Shown piece after piece: positions 19,901-30,423 of a DNA stretch of 64,000 nt. This stretch comes from Clostridia bacterium. GTDB taxonomy: Bacteria; Bacillota; Clostridia; Saccharofermentanales; DTU023. The stretch covers positions 6,443-70,442 of the forward strand of contig JAXGRH010000005.1 of the NCBI GenBank assembly GCA_040766025.1. Direction: 5' to 3'. Numbering within the stretch: position 1 is the first letter of the stretch; each line of letters begins with the position of its first letter. The position numbers were made by a program, and so were the translations under genes. The notes under the pieces are model-generated. The model saw only the letters and a program-made list of their open reading frames with translations, ran no database searches and was not told the DNA's origin.

Positions 19901-20113
19901 CGGATTATCAATAATACTGACTCATAACTTGTGCAAGAACAACAAATTTGACCCAAATAGGCGTTAAAACAGGAGAAGCAATTTTCTTCTGCACATACAT
20001 AAGCAAGCTCATTTTATGCAATCATGGCGTCAGAGTTCACAAATATTTCACAATTGAGTGATAGTTTAGAACCGGAGTGAAACTCTACAGAGGAACTGTT
20101 TGAGGAGGTATTT

Positions 20114-21478
20114 ATGTTAGAAAAATCGTTTAAGCTCAAAGAAAGGGGCGTAACCGTCAAAGGTGAACTGGCGGCCGGTTTGACCACGTTTATGACGATG
20201 GCGTATATCCTGGCAGTCAACCCCGATATTTTGAGCGTCACGGGCATGAATCCGGGCGGCGTTCTGATCGCGACAGCGCTGTCGTCCGCGGTTGCATGCG
20301 TATGCATGGCGTTTTTTGCCAACCTGCCTTTTGCACTTGCACCAGGCATGGGATTGAACGCCTATTTTGCCTTTACCGTCGTTTTGCAGATGGGGTATTC
20401 ATGGCAGTTCGCATTATTTGCCGTTTTTGTCGAGGGTCTTATTTTCATCCTACTCTCACTGACCAATGTGCGTGAAGCCATATTCAATGCCATCCCACTG
20501 ACGCTGAAACATGCGGTAGGTGCCGGTATCGGACTCTTTATTGCATTCATCGGTCTGCAAAACTCAGGCCTTGTCCAGGGCGATCCTGCGACGCTCGTGG
20601 CCTGTGTCCCATTTAAAGATGACATGACCGGTGTAGGCTTGCTCTCGCTTCTGACCCTTTTGGGCGTTGTCTTGATCGGCGTTTTGGCCTACAAAAAAAT
20701 CAAAGGCGCGCTGTTGATCGGAATGGTCGGCATTTGGATTGTCGGCATTATTCTGCAGGCGGCCGGACTGTATGTTCCCAATCCTGAAATTGGACTATTC
20801 TCGCTTTATCCTTCATGGGGACTGCCCGACTTTGCCGGGTTCGGATCCCTTGTCGGACAGGCATTTAGTTCGACGGCATTTGAAAACTTCAATATTCCTG
20901 ACTTCCTAATCATCATGTTCTCCTTCCTGTTTGTCGATATCTTTGACACACTCGGCACCTTGATCGGTGTCGCGGACAAGGCCGGCATGCTGGACGAAGA
21001 AGGAAGACTGCCCCAGATTAAGGGTGCCCTGATGGCTGACGCCGTCGGTACCGTAGTCGGCGGGGTGGTGGGTACATCGACCGTTACAACCTATGTCGAA
21101 AGTGCTTCGGGTGTTGCCGAAGGCGGCCGCACAGGCCTCACGGCCCTGACCACGGGCGTCCTGTTCTTATTAGCGATCATTCTCGCGCCGATCTTCATCT
21201 CGATCCCGTCCTTTGCGACATCCGCCGCATTGATTTACGTCGGGTTCCTGATGCTGTCGTCGATTGTGAAGGTGGACTTCTCCGATATTTCAGAAGCCCT
21301 CCCCGCCTATGTTGCCCTGTTCGCGATGCCGTTCTTCTACAGCATCTCGCACGGCATCATGTTCGGAATCATCTTCTACGTCCTGATCAACCTGATCACA
21401 GGCAACACGAAGAAGATCAGCCCGCTTATGTACGTCCTGGCCCTCGCGTTCATCTTGAAGTTCGCGTTGCTCGGATAG
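20114..21478 (+). CDS. NCS2/AzgA-family purine (adenine/guanine/hypoxanthine) permease
   Basis: 454 aa. The N-terminus FKLKERGVTVKGELAAGLTTFMTMAYILAVNP is characteristic of PbuG/AzgA-type permeases. Polytopic. Confidence 0.9.
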   Translation: MLEKSFKLKERGVTVKGELAAGLTTFMTMAYILAVNPDILSVTGMNPGGVLIATALSSAVACVCMAFFANLPFALAPGMGLNAYFAFTVVLQMGYSWQFALFAVFVEGLIFILLSLTNVREAIFNAIPLTLKHAVGAGIGLFIAFIGLQNSGLVQGDPATLVACVPFKDDMTGVGLLSLLTLLGVVLIGVLAYKKIKGALLIGMVGIWIVGIILQAAGLYVPNPEIGLFSLYPSWGLPDFAGFGSLVGQAFSSTAFENFNIPDFLIIMFSFLFVDIFDTLGTLIGVADKAGMLDEEGRLPQIKGALMADAVGTVVGGVVGTSTVTTYVESASGVAEGGRTGLTALTTGVLFLLAIILAPIFISIPSFATSAALIYVGFLMLSSIVKVDFSDISEALPAYVALFAMPFFYSISHGIMFGIIFYVLINLITGNTKKISPLMYVLALAFILKFALLG

Positions 21479-21518
21479 CATCGATTTAACACATACAGTA
21501 CGCCTCTGTGATGAAATG

Positions 21519-21543
21519 GCCCGGGCTTTTTGCCCGGGCTTTT
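21519..21543 (+). terminator. Rho-independent terminator after the permease
   Basis: GCCCGGGC-TTTTT-GCCCGGGC followed by TTTT. Confidence 0.7.
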
Positions 21544-21544
21544 C

Positions 21545-22399
21545 ATGTCGTATAATCGTTTCAATATGAACAGCTGGTTGATCGCACTTCTATCTCTTTT
21601 GGGCTTTGGCCTGTTATGCCTTTTGTACGGCTTTTGGATTGAGCCGCGCTGGGTCAAAGTGAGAAAGCTAGAGATAAACATTTCAAACGATCACCCGGCC
21701 CGGGATCAGTCCATTCTCTTTTTTTCAGACCTTCACGTCGGCGCGAAAACGACGCCCCGAAAACTGCAAAAACAGATGCGGCAAATCGCAAAACTGAAAG
21801 CAGACGCCATCCTTTTCGGAGGAGACCTCGTGGAAGAGAAAACACCTCTCTGGGATGAATCGTTCAAAGCGATGGTCATCGAGGCACTCTCCTCGCTTTG
21901 GGCCCCCCATGGAAAATGGGCCATTTTCGGCAACCACGACGTGGAGGCACCGCGCTACCGTCTATGGACCGAAGAGGTGCTTCAAAAATCGGGTTTTGTC
22001 CTGCTTGAAAATGAAGCGATCAGCCTTTTGGGAATCCCTGTTTGGGGCTTTGGCAATACGCACCACACAGAAGCCTACTTCGACGAGAAACGCTTCAACG
22101 AAAGCGCAGAGGCTACAGACGATTTCAAACTCTACCTTGTCCATGAATCGGACTGGTTTCCAACCCATAGGCCGGCCGAAGGGCCGGGACTTGTCCTATG
22201 CGGGCACTCCCACTACGGACAGGTCACCCTCTTTGGCCTGCCGCTCATACGGCCGAAAGGCGCCAAGAAATACTGGCGGGGGCGCTATTCTCTAGCCCCC
22301 AACTTAAATCTGTTAGTCAGCGCCGGCCTTGGAACCGTACATATCCACGCACGATTCTTTGCGCGACCGGATGTCATACGCTTGTCGTTTAAGGGTTAG
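21545..22399 (+). CDS. Membrane-anchored calcineurin-like metallophosphoesterase (YkuE-like)
   Basis: N-terminal TM helix, then the DLHVG, GGDLV, GNHD and GHSH motifs. The start was placed after the terminator (MSYNRF..). Confidence 0.8.
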   Translation: MSYNRFNMNSWLIALLSLLGFGLLCLLYGFWIEPRWVKVRKLEINISNDHPARDQSILFFSDLHVGAKTTPRKLQKQMRQIAKLKADAILFGGDLVEEKTPLWDESFKAMVIEALSSLWAPHGKWAIFGNHDVEAPRYRLWTEEVLQKSGFVLLENEAISLLGIPVWGFGNTHHTEAYFDEKRFNESAEATDDFKLYLVHESDWFPTHRPAEGPGLVLCGHSHYGQVTLFGLPLIRPKGAKKYWRGRYSLAPNLNLLVSAGLGTVHIHARFFARPDVIRLSFKG

Positions 22400-23897
22400 C
22401 CAAAAGCGTCTTCTTTTTTAAGATCTGCTCTTCCACACGATCGATATACAGCTTGATATCTTTTGGGTTGTGAACGCGCAATGCCGTCTGTTCACGGATC
22501 ACCTTCGAGGAAGCCCCGCTCCCCAAACCGATGACAGGCACCCGGTCGCTCATCATGGCGACATTGTAAAGGGACGCGTGCCCTTCCCTTGTAAAACCGG
22601 TATTTTCAAGCCCCGAACGGCAATTTTTTTGGCGGTACAGGTAATAAGGGCGATACCCCTCTTGCCTGAGGCGCTCATGGGCCACTTCCACGGCCTCTAT
22701 CAAGGAGGGGTCGGGCAAAAGTGTGTCCCGATCGTCAAACATGCGATCCAAAAAAGAACCGCGCTTGATCGCCAATGCGTGAAGTGTAATACTTTCAGGA
22801 CCCAGTGCGATGACGCGTTCAAGTGAGTTTAAGAAAGTGTCGGAGTCTTCTCCCGGCAGCCCCGCGATCAGGTCCATGTTAATGTCCGAAAAACCCATCG
22901 AGCGCGCTAAATGAAAAGCACGAATCGTTTGTTCAACCGTGTGGTGACGGCCGATGCGCCTTAAGGTTTCATCGTGCATCGCCTGCGGATTAATGCACAA
23001 TTTATGAAAGCCGAACGCTTTTGCAATTAATAGTTTCTCGCGGTCAATGGTGTCAGGGCGCCCCGCTTCCATCGTTTTCTCAGCGTTCTCTGCTAAAGGC
23101 ACATACTGCAGCACCTCTTCTAGATAACGCCTGAAAAGATCGGCAGGGAGGCTTGTAGGCGTCCCCCCGCCGTAATAGACCGCTCGGATTTTTCCTTGAA
23201 ACGTCCCATCGAAAACACCTTCCGATTCACGGATCACCGCGTTGACGTAGGACTCAAGCGCATTCTTTTGCCGCGTGGCATCCTGCGTGATAAAGCTACA
23301 ATAAAGGCAGCGGCTGGGGCAAAAAGGAAGCCCCACATAGAGCATGGATTCATGCTCCTGAATTTTGTCCAAAATTTTTTCTTCCGCCAAGGCAGTCCGA
23401 ACGGCAAGGCGCGCCTTTTGCGAAGAAAGGCGCCAATAACCTTCCAGTTCTTCCGTGGCCTTTTGTTCATCTACCCTTTGCAGCACATCCAGCGCGATTT
23501 GCGTAGGGCGCACACCGGTCAATGAGCCCCAGGGAAACAAAATGCCTGTGGCGGCAGATAAAACGACATAAAGCTGCCGTTTCAACACGCGCCGGATATC
23601 GTGCAAGGCAACCTGTTCATCGATCTGTTCTAACAGCTTGCGTTCCCCGTTTTCCGCTACTGCGAAGATCGAAGTACTCACATGGATCGTTGTTTCTGAA
23701 AAGCCGCTGCGTGAAGCCTCACGCGCTTTTGCGACGCCAATAGGCGGCGTTACTTCGGAAATCACATGAAGCGGACGATCAAAGGGAGCTTCATAAAGGC
23801 CGGTTCCATTTTTATTGACATCCCCGAAAAAAGCGCGGGCGACATCGCACATCGCAGCCCACTCCCGGTGGCCTAAAATCTCAAATACTACCGACAT
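22389..23897 (-). CDS. hemZ: Radical SAM protein, HemN/HemZ-like oxygen-independent coproporphyrinogen oxidase family
   Basis: CPSRCLYCSF CxxxCxxC cluster. About 500 aa with the long N-terminal domain typical of HemZ. Confidence 0.75.
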   Translation of the reverse strand: MSVVFEILGHREWAAMCDVARAFFGDVNKNGTGLYEAPFDRPLHVISEVTPPIGVAKAREASRSGFSETTIHVSTSIFAVAENGERKLLEQIDEQVALHDIRRVLKRQLYVVLSAATGILFPWGSLTGVRPTQIALDVLQRVDEQKATEELEGYWRLSSQKARLAVRTALAEEKILDKIQEHESMLYVGLPFCPSRCLYCSFITQDATRQKNALESYVNAVIRESEGVFDGTFQGKIRAVYYGGGTPTSLPADLFRRYLEEVLQYVPLAENAEKTMEAGRPDTIDREKLLIAKAFGFHKLCINPQAMHDETLRRIGRHHTVEQTIRAFHLARSMGFSDINMDLIAGLPGEDSDTFLNSLERVIALGPESITLHALAIKRGSFLDRMFDDRDTLLPDPSLIEAVEVAHERLRQEGYRPYYLYRQKNCRSGLENTGFTREGHASLYNVAMMSDRVPVIGLGSGASSKVIREQTALRVHNPKDIKLYIDRVEEQILKKKTLLANP

Positions 23898-23906
23898 GCT
23901 GTTTCT

Positions 23907-24734
23907 TTAACCAAAAATTCCCGCTTTACCCAAAAGCCAAAGCGTAAATAAAATGATGGGCTGGTGTGCAAAATAGACCCAAAGCGAATGGCGCCCCAGG
24001 AAACGGATAGGACGCGTCAAGCGGTAGAACAAGCCCTCTTCTTTTGTGAGCGGCAACCCGGGCGCGTAGAGCGTTTGGCCGATCGCGGCTCCGATGAGGA
24101 AGCATCCGAGCCATGGGAAAAGCGGCAACTGATCCAAAACATGCGCATTAGCCGCGGATCCGAGCATGATAAGAAAAGGATTGTTGGACCACCGGGGCAA
24201 TACGGGTTCGATCATGGGGGCGATGAAGATACCGAAGCTACCCAAAATAATGAGCATTCCCGTGAAGCAGTGTGGCTGGTAAACCGTATCTTTCGGATTG
24301 TCCAGAGACAGTGAAAACTGTCTGGGGATCCACGCCTGCCTTTCGGCCCATTTTTCGACCGCGGCGTAGACGACCGTCGACAGGGCGACCACGTGAATGA
24401 CATTAAAAAGGATTATGCCGATACCGGTAAAACCGTCCACAAATAGCGTGAGTGCCGTGGCCGCGATACTGAACAAAACCATGCGGATTCCGCGCTTCAT
24501 GCTGTTTCTGGAAAACCGGGAGCTGATGCCCGATACACCCAAAAATACGGCCAGCACAATAGGTCTTCCCACCTGACTGAACCAATAGTCATGCTGGAAT
24601 GCGACGGCTTCCACGCCGTAGATATCGTAGAGATCTCCGATCGTATGGTGGAACATCATGAGGCAGAGCGCGATGCCTCTTAGTAAATCAATTTCAGGAA
24701 TACGCCGTTTATTAACCAGCAACTCGCCATTCAT
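23907..24734 (-). CDS. DUF1624-like polytopic membrane protein (acyltransferase-like)
   Basis: RIPEIDLLRGIALCLMMFHH N-terminal signature and multiple TM helices. The start was chosen at MNGELL, after GGAGAGAG. Confidence 0.65.
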   Translation of the reverse strand: MNGELLVNKRRIPEIDLLRGIALCLMMFHHTIGDLYDIYGVEAVAFQHDYWFSQVGRPIVLAVFLGVSGISSRFSRNSMKRGIRMVLFSIAATALTLFVDGFTGIGIILFNVIHVVALSTVVYAAVEKWAERQAWIPRQFSLSLDNPKDTVYQPHCFTGMLIILGSFGIFIAPMIEPVLPRWSNNPFLIMLGSAANAHVLDQLPLFPWLGCFLIGAAIGQTLYAPGLPLTKEEGLFYRLTRPIRFLGRHSLWVYFAHQPIILFTLWLLGKAGIFG

Positions 24735-24836
24735 AGGGCATCTCTCTCCGTTTGTCGGTCCCAATCAATATTGCTTCTATTTTAATACAAATCGACCCTG
24801 ATGTCAGATCGCGGCCCTCTAACTCCCTATAATCAA

Positions 24837-24866
24837 GCGGCCCCAGAGGATTTCCTTTGGGGCCGC
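24837..24866 (-). terminator. Stem-loop terminator after ppdK
   Basis: GCGGCCCCA..TGGGGCCGC 9-bp stem. Weak U-tract. Confidence 0.5.
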
Positions 24867-24895
24867 AAGTGTTAGTACCGAAACGACGTACGTAT

Positions 24896-27526
24896 TTATT
24901 TCTTGCGCGGATACCTCAATGCAGACTGCGCGGCGGCAAGTCTTGCGATCGGTACGCGGTACGGTGAGCAGGACACATAGTCCAGTCCGATGATCTGGCA
25001 GAATTCAATCGATGACGGTTCTCCGCCATGTTCGCCGCAGATACCGAGCTCCAGCTCTGGCTTTATTTTGCGGCCGAGTTCAACGGCGGTGCGCATCAGC
25101 TGACCGACGCCTACGCGGTCAATTCGGGCCGTCGGATCGACCTCAAAGATACCCACTTGGTAGTATTTTTCAAGGATCTTGCCGGCGTCATCGCGGGACA
25201 AACCGTAGGTCATCTGCGTTAAGTCGTTCGTGCCGAAGCTAAAGAAATCAGCCTCACGCGCTACTTCATCCGCCGTCAGGCAGGCGCGCGGGATCTCAAT
25301 CATAGTACCGACCCAGTACTTCAGATCCTGACCGGACTCTTTGATCATGCGATCGGCGGTGGAGCGGATGAAACCATTCAGGTATTCAAGCTCCTTCACT
25401 TCACTGATCAGGGGGACCATGATTTCAGGCAAGACCGTGATGCCTTCCTTTTGGGCTTCTAAAGCCGCCCCGATAATTGCTTCTGTCTGCATCTCGGCAA
25501 TCTCGGGATAGCTGACCGCCAAGCGGCAGCCACGGTGCCCGAGCATGGGGTTCAGTTCGTGGAGTTCCGTGATGATCTCCTGCAGGCGTTCATAGGTGAG
25601 GCCAAGCTCCTCAGCCAATGCTTTGACTTCGGGTTCTGCCGTCGGCAGGAACTCATGCAAAGGCGGGTCGAGCAGGCGAATGATGACCGGCAGGCCGTCC
25701 ATGACACGGAAAAGACCCAGGAAGTCTTCCTGCTGCATGGGCTTAATCTTCGCTAAGGCTTTTCTTCTGTCTTCTTCGGTTCTCGCGACGATCATCTGAC
25801 GGAACAAGAAAACGCGATCCGCCTCAAAGAACATGTGCTCGGTACGAGTGAGCCCGATTCCTTTGGCGCCGAGATCGCGGGCAACTTGCGAGTCGTGCGG
25901 TGTATCCGCATTGGCTCTCACCTTCATCTCGCTGATCTCATCGGTCCATTCCATTATCGTCTGAAAGTTATCGGACATCTCAGCTTCAACCGTCGGGACG
26001 CTGCCTTCGTAGACAAGCCCCGTGGAACCGTCAAGCGAAATGAAATCGTCCGCGCCGTATACTTTTCCATTGATAGTCAGCGTTTTGTTTTTCTCACTGA
26101 TCAAGGCTTCTGAACAGCCTGACACACAGCATTTACCCATGCCGCGAGCCACAACAGCCGCGTGGGAGGTCATGCCGCCGCGCGAGGTCAGAATGCCTTC
26201 TGCGGCCGCCATGCCCTGGATGTCCTCCGGAGAGGTCTCTTCACGGACCAAGATCACAGGGCGCCCCATCTCTTTGGCTTCGGTGGCCTGCTGCGCGGTA
26301 AAGGCGATCTGCCCGGTTGCCGCGCCCGGAGATGCGGGGAGACCCTTTGCCGCTACATGTTTTGCGGCCGCCAGCGCCTTCGTATCAAAGCCGGGGTGCA
26401 ACAGCGCATCAAGTTGCTGCGGGTCAATGCCCAAAAGCGCTTCTTCGCGTGAGATCAGGCCTTCAGCGACCATGTCAACTGCGATCTGCAAGGCGGCCAT
26501 CGCCGTCCTTTTGCCGTTTCGCGTCTGAAGGATGAACAGTTTTCCATTTTCAATCGTGAATTCAAGATCCTGCATGTCACCGTAGTGGCGTTCTAAGTCA
26601 TGCGCGATCTTGTAGAATTGCTCGTATACTTCGGGCATCTGCTCTTCCAGGTGATCGATTGTGAAGGGCGTCCGGATACCCGCGACCACGTCTTCGCCCT
26701 GAGCATTCATCAGGTATTCGCCGTAGAGCTTATTCTCACCGGTGGAAGGGTTTCTCGAGAAGGCGACGCCTGTGCCGGAGCTTTCTCCCATGTTGCCGTA
26801 GACCATCTCCTGCACGTTCACCGCGGTGCCCCAATGTGAGGGAATATTATTCATCTGGCGGTAATAAACCGCACGGTCAGTGTTCCATGAGCGGAACACG
26901 GCTTCTGTCGCGAGGATCAGCTGCTGTTTGACATCCTGCGGGAATGATTCGCCTTGTTCTTGTTGGTAAATTTCTTTAAATTTTGCGACGATGCGTTCGA
27001 GGTCATCATCGTTCAGATCCAGATCGCTCGTGATCCCGCGCTCTTTTTTCACTTGATCAAAGAAATCTTCAAAGTGTGAACGGGGGATGCCCATCACGAC
27101 GTCTGAAAACATCAGGATGAAACGGCGATAGCTGTCAAAGACAAAACGATGGTTGCCGGTCAACTCTGTCAAGCCTTCGGCCACTTCGTCATTCAAGCCG
27201 AGGTTCAAGACCGTATCCATCATGCCCGGCATCGACGCGCGCGAACCGGAACGAACCGACAGCAAAAGGGGACGTTTCGGATCGCCGAACACCTTCCCCG
27301 TCGCTTCTTCTAGTGTTTTAAGTGAATTAAAAATCTCTTCGATAATCTCAGGCGCAATGCTTTGGCCGTCACTGTAATAGCGATTGCAAGCTTCGGTTGT
27401 CACCGTGAAGCCGTTTGGTACAGGCAGTCCCAATCCGACCATCTCCGCCAGATTAGCGCCCTTTCCGCCTAAAAGCTCACGCATCGAGGCGTCGCCTTCG
27501 GCAAACATATAGACGTATTTCGTCAT
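24896..27526 (-). CDS. ppdK: Pyruvate, phosphate dikinase
   Basis: MTKYVYMFAEG..LLGGKGANLAEM N-terminus, the phospho-His region GGMTSHAAVVARG, and a PEP-utiliser TIM domain. Start after GGGAGGG. Confidence 0.97.
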   Translation of the reverse strand: MTKYVYMFAEGDASMRELLGGKGANLAEMVGLGLPVPNGFTVTTEACNRYYSDGQSIAPEIIEEIFNSLKTLEEATGKVFGDPKRPLLLSVRSGSRASMPGMMDTVLNLGLNDEVAEGLTELTGNHRFVFDSYRRFILMFSDVVMGIPRSHFEDFFDQVKKERGITSDLDLNDDDLERIVAKFKEIYQQEQGESFPQDVKQQLILATEAVFRSWNTDRAVYYRQMNNIPSHWGTAVNVQEMVYGNMGESSGTGVAFSRNPSTGENKLYGEYLMNAQGEDVVAGIRTPFTIDHLEEQMPEVYEQFYKIAHDLERHYGDMQDLEFTIENGKLFILQTRNGKRTAMAALQIAVDMVAEGLISREEALLGIDPQQLDALLHPGFDTKALAAAKHVAAKGLPASPGAATGQIAFTAQQATEAKEMGRPVILVREETSPEDIQGMAAAEGILTSRGGMTSHAAVVARGMGKCCVSGCSEALISEKNKTLTINGKVYGADDFISLDGSTGLVYEGSVPTVEAEMSDNFQTIMEWTDEISEMKVRANADTPHDSQVARDLGAKGIGLTRTEHMFFEADRVFLFRQMIVARTEEDRRKALAKIKPMQQEDFLGLFRVMDGLPVIIRLLDPPLHEFLPTAEPEVKALAEELGLTYERLQEIITELHELNPMLGHRGCRLAVSYPEIAEMQTEAIIGAALEAQKEGITVLPEIMVPLISEVKELEYLNGFIRSTADRMIKESGQDLKYWVGTMIEIPRACLTADEVAREADFFSFGTNDLTQMTYGLSRDDAGKILEKYYQVGIFEVDPTARIDRVGVGQLMRTAVELGRKIKPELELGICGEHGGEPSSIEFCQIIGLDYVSCSPYRVPIARLAAAQSALRYPRKK

Positions 27527-27557
27527 CCTAAACCCTCCCAATAATTATTTAATGCCT

Positions 27558-28951
27558 CTATGGCAGGTCAAATCTGCCTTTGAAATATTCCACCAGCTGA
27601 TCAATGGGCAGCCGGACCTGTTCCATTGAATCGCGTTCTCTGACCGTCACCGCGTGATCTTCTAGTGACTCGAAGTCAAAGGTCACGCAGTAGGGTGTTC
27701 CGATCTCATCTTGACGGCGGTAACGGCGTCCGATGGATTGCCTGTCGTCGTATTCGCAAAGGTAATGCTTCACAAGTTCGTTGTAGAGCTCTTGTGCGCC
27801 ATCTTTTAGTTTATTGGAGAGCGGCAACACCGCGATCTGCACCGGCGCAAGGCTGGGCAAGAAGCGCATGACAGTGCGTATCTCTCCGTTTTCTAACACT
27901 TCCTCGTCATAGGCCTCTGACATGATCGCGAGTACCAGCCGGTCGACACCCAGGGAAGGTTCTACGACATAGGGGATATATTTTTCATTTTTCTCGGGAT
28001 CAAAATAGCGCAAATCTTCTTTTGAATGCTCGATATGCTGCTTCAAATCGTAATCGGTTCGATCCGCGATCCCCCAAAGCTCACCCCAGCCAAAGGGGTA
28101 AAGGTATTCGATGTCCGTGGTCGCAAGAGAGTAAAATGACAGTTCCTCTTGGGTGTGATCTCTGAAGCGAAGATGCTTTGAGGGAGCCCCATATCGATCA
28201 GCCAGTCTTCACAAAAGCTGCGCCAATATTCAAACCATTCTAAGTCCGTACCCGGTTCACAGAAAACTCGAGCTCCATTTGCTCGAATTCGCGTGTGCGA
28301 AAAATAAAGTTGCCGGGCGTAATCTCGTTTCGGAACGCTTTACCGATTTGCGCGATGCCAAAGGGAATCTTGCGCCTTGAGGTTCTTTGTACATTTCTGA
28401 AGTTCACAAAGATGCCCTGTGCGGTCTCCGGGCGCAGATAAAGCTGCGACAAATTATCCTCTGTGACGCCCTGGAATGTCTTAAACATCAGGTTGAACTT
28501 TCGCACGTCCGTGAAGTCGTGTTCGCCACAAGACGGGCAGGGAATTTCATGGTCGCGCAATAATGCAGGTAGGTCTCATTGTCCCAGCCGTCGACATGGA
28601 GGTCAATGTCACGCGACTTGTTCCAATCATCGATCATCTGATCCGCTCTAAAACGCCCGCGGCATTTCTTGCAGTCAATCATAGGATCTGAAAAGCCGCC
28701 CACATGGCCTGAGGCCTCCCAGACCGAAGGGTTCATCAGGATCGCCGCATCGATCCCCACATTCAAGGGACATACGTTTCGACAAAACGGCGCCACCAGG
28801 CTGCTTTGATTCTTTGTTTAAGTGTTGATCCGTAAGGGCCGTAATCCCATGAGTTGGCAAGTCCGCCGTAAATCTCTGAGCCCTGATAAATAAATCCTCT
28901 GTTCGCGCTTAAGGCGACAATTTTCGCCAGCGCGTGTTGTTCCTTGGCCAT
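27558..28951 (-). pseudogene. glyQS: Glycine--tRNA ligase (homodimeric GlyQS type), broken by at least four frame changes
   Basis: The fragments read in order as GlyRS: ..RGFIYQGSEIYGGLANSWDYGP.. / ..[24 protein letters not shown].. / ..[35 protein letters not shown].. / ..[19 protein letters not shown]... The total span equals one full-length gene. Confidence 0.9.
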
Positions 28952-28975
28952 TCAATCTCCTGTTCGCTAGGGGCG

Positions 28976-29467
28976 TTAATCCAATTCGTCTTCTTTCGCC
29001 GCGTCTTCTTCCGGCTCTGTGTCCTCTGCGGCTTTACGTTCTTCTTCTTCCATGAGCGCGACATGGCTGATCAGGCGCTCCGCGATAAGCGATGCGTCTT
29101 GCGCTGAGATACCGACTTGCTCAAACACGTCTTCTCCCGGCTGCCGATCGATTTGGCGCATGATACGGCTCTGCTCTTCGAGTCGTTCTTCTTCCTCTTT
29201 GGCGCGCGCTTCACGCAAGGCCGCTTCTCGGGCCGCAATAATTCTGGGATGCTCCGGGATGATGACATCCAGTTTCCCGTAACGATAGACAACGGATCCG
29301 ACTCCGATTTCCTCACAGGCCAAGGTCACCTGGTTGGGCGTCTCTGTCTCAAAGGTCGGGCAGGCGCCCGAAGTCAGCTGACGCGCACGGCGCGCGGCCA
29401 GCATCGCGAGAACGTAACGATTTTCTGCCCGTGGCAGTAAGGCTTCTGTAGATGGATGAGTTAGCAT
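28976..29467 (-). CDS. rpoZ: DNA-directed RNA polymerase omega subunit with a long acidic C-terminal extension
   Basis: ENRYVLAMLAARRARQL omega core. 163 aa, with a Glu/Asp-rich tail. Confidence 0.8.
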   Translation of the reverse strand: MLTHPSTEALLPRAENRYVLAMLAARRARQLTSGACPTFETETPNQVTLACEEIGVGSVVYRYGKLDVIIPEHPRIIAAREAALREARAKEEEERLEEQSRIMRQIDRQPGEDVFEQVGISAQDASLIAERLISHVALMEEEERKAAEDTEPEEDAAKEDELD

Positions 29468-29537
29468 GCTTAGCTCCTATTATTCTTAAGACAAGGCTTC
29501 GTGGCCCGTCTTTTATTCAAATTTGCAACAGCCCATA

Positions 29538-30167
29538 TTATACTGTCCCAAGGTCGCATTCGTCAACAAAAAGCCGTGTAGTACGGCGCTTTTCGGCCCT
29601 CATGATGGCACTGACATCGGCCGCGGCTTGTTCGACTTCGTCATTTAACACCCAATAATCAAAATGTTCAATCTGCAAAAGCTCTTTTCGAGCGGTCAAA
29701 AGCCTGGCTTCGATGGCCTTTTTGGTTTCCGTCCCGCGCCCGTTCAGCCGTTCGCGCAACGCCTCTTCTGTTGAGGAAGTCACAAATATGATGACGGCAT
29801 TCGGACAGTTTGCTTTCAATTCAAGGGCTCCCTTGACCGTCAGGTCAAGCAATATATCGATATTTTGCGCGATCATGCGGTCCACCGGTTCTTTCGGAGT
29901 CCCGTAATATTCATCGCAGTAAATGTCGTATTCCAAAATCTCGCCCCCGGTGATTAAACGCTCAAAATTATCGCGGGTGGTGAAATGGTAAGAATGTCCG
30001 TCGACCTCTCCTATTCTCGGCGTCCTAGTCGTCATCGACACGGAGTGAAATCGTTTAGGGTCCTCTTTTCGCAACTCGTCAATAATGGAATTTTTCCCGA
30101 CACCTGAAGGACCCGATAAAACAATAAGGAGTCCACGCTCTTCGGGGATGTTGTCATACAGCGTCAT
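29538..30167 (-). CDS. gmk: Guanylate kinase
   Basis: GPSGVGKNSI P-loop. Conserved position between remA and rpoZ. Confidence 0.95.
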   Translation of the reverse strand: MTLYDNIPEERGLLIVLSGPSGVGKNSIIDELRKEDPKRFHSVSMTTRTPRIGEVDGHSYHFTTRDNFERLITGGEILEYDIYCDEYYGTPKEPVDRMIAQNIDILLDLTVKGALELKANCPNAVIIFVTSSTEEALRERLNGRGTETKKAIEARLLTARKELLQIEHFDYWVLNDEVEQAAADVSAIMRAEKRRTTRLFVDECDLGTV

Positions 30168-30421
30168 GCGCGATTTTCTCCTTCTTGTCGTAAGGGCAAT
30201 GACTCAGGATCGATGGACGATAGTACCACATGGTCGCTGTCCATGACAAGAATAGAACGCGTTTTCTTTCCGCCCGTGGCGTCAATCAGCGCGAAACGTT
30301 CGCGTGCATCCTGAATCAGGCGCCTTGAAGGCGCGGAATCGGATGTGACAACCGCAATCAGTCTGGAACGCGCGACAAAGTTACCGTATCCGATAGGGAT
30401 CATGTCATAGTCCATAGGCAC
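30164..30421 (-). CDS. remA: RemA/DUF370 family regulator
   Basis: IGYGNFV..SAPSRRLIQDARERFALIDATGGKKTRSILVMDSDHVVLS matches the RemA pattern. Confidence 0.85.
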   Translation of the reverse strand: MPMDYDMIPIGYGNFVARSRLIAVVTSDSAPSRRLIQDARERFALIDATGGKKTRSILVMDSDHVVLSSIDPESLPLRQEGENRA

Positions 30422-30423
30422 CT

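Noticed and set aside
27558-28951. Programmed ribosomal frameshifting or genuine pseudogenisation as the explanation for the broken genes.
   Set aside because: Several independent breaks per gene occur at ordinary homopolymers with no slippery-site or stimulator pattern. They hit many unrelated genes, including indispensable ones. Consensus error is far more parsimonious. I cannot prove it without reads.
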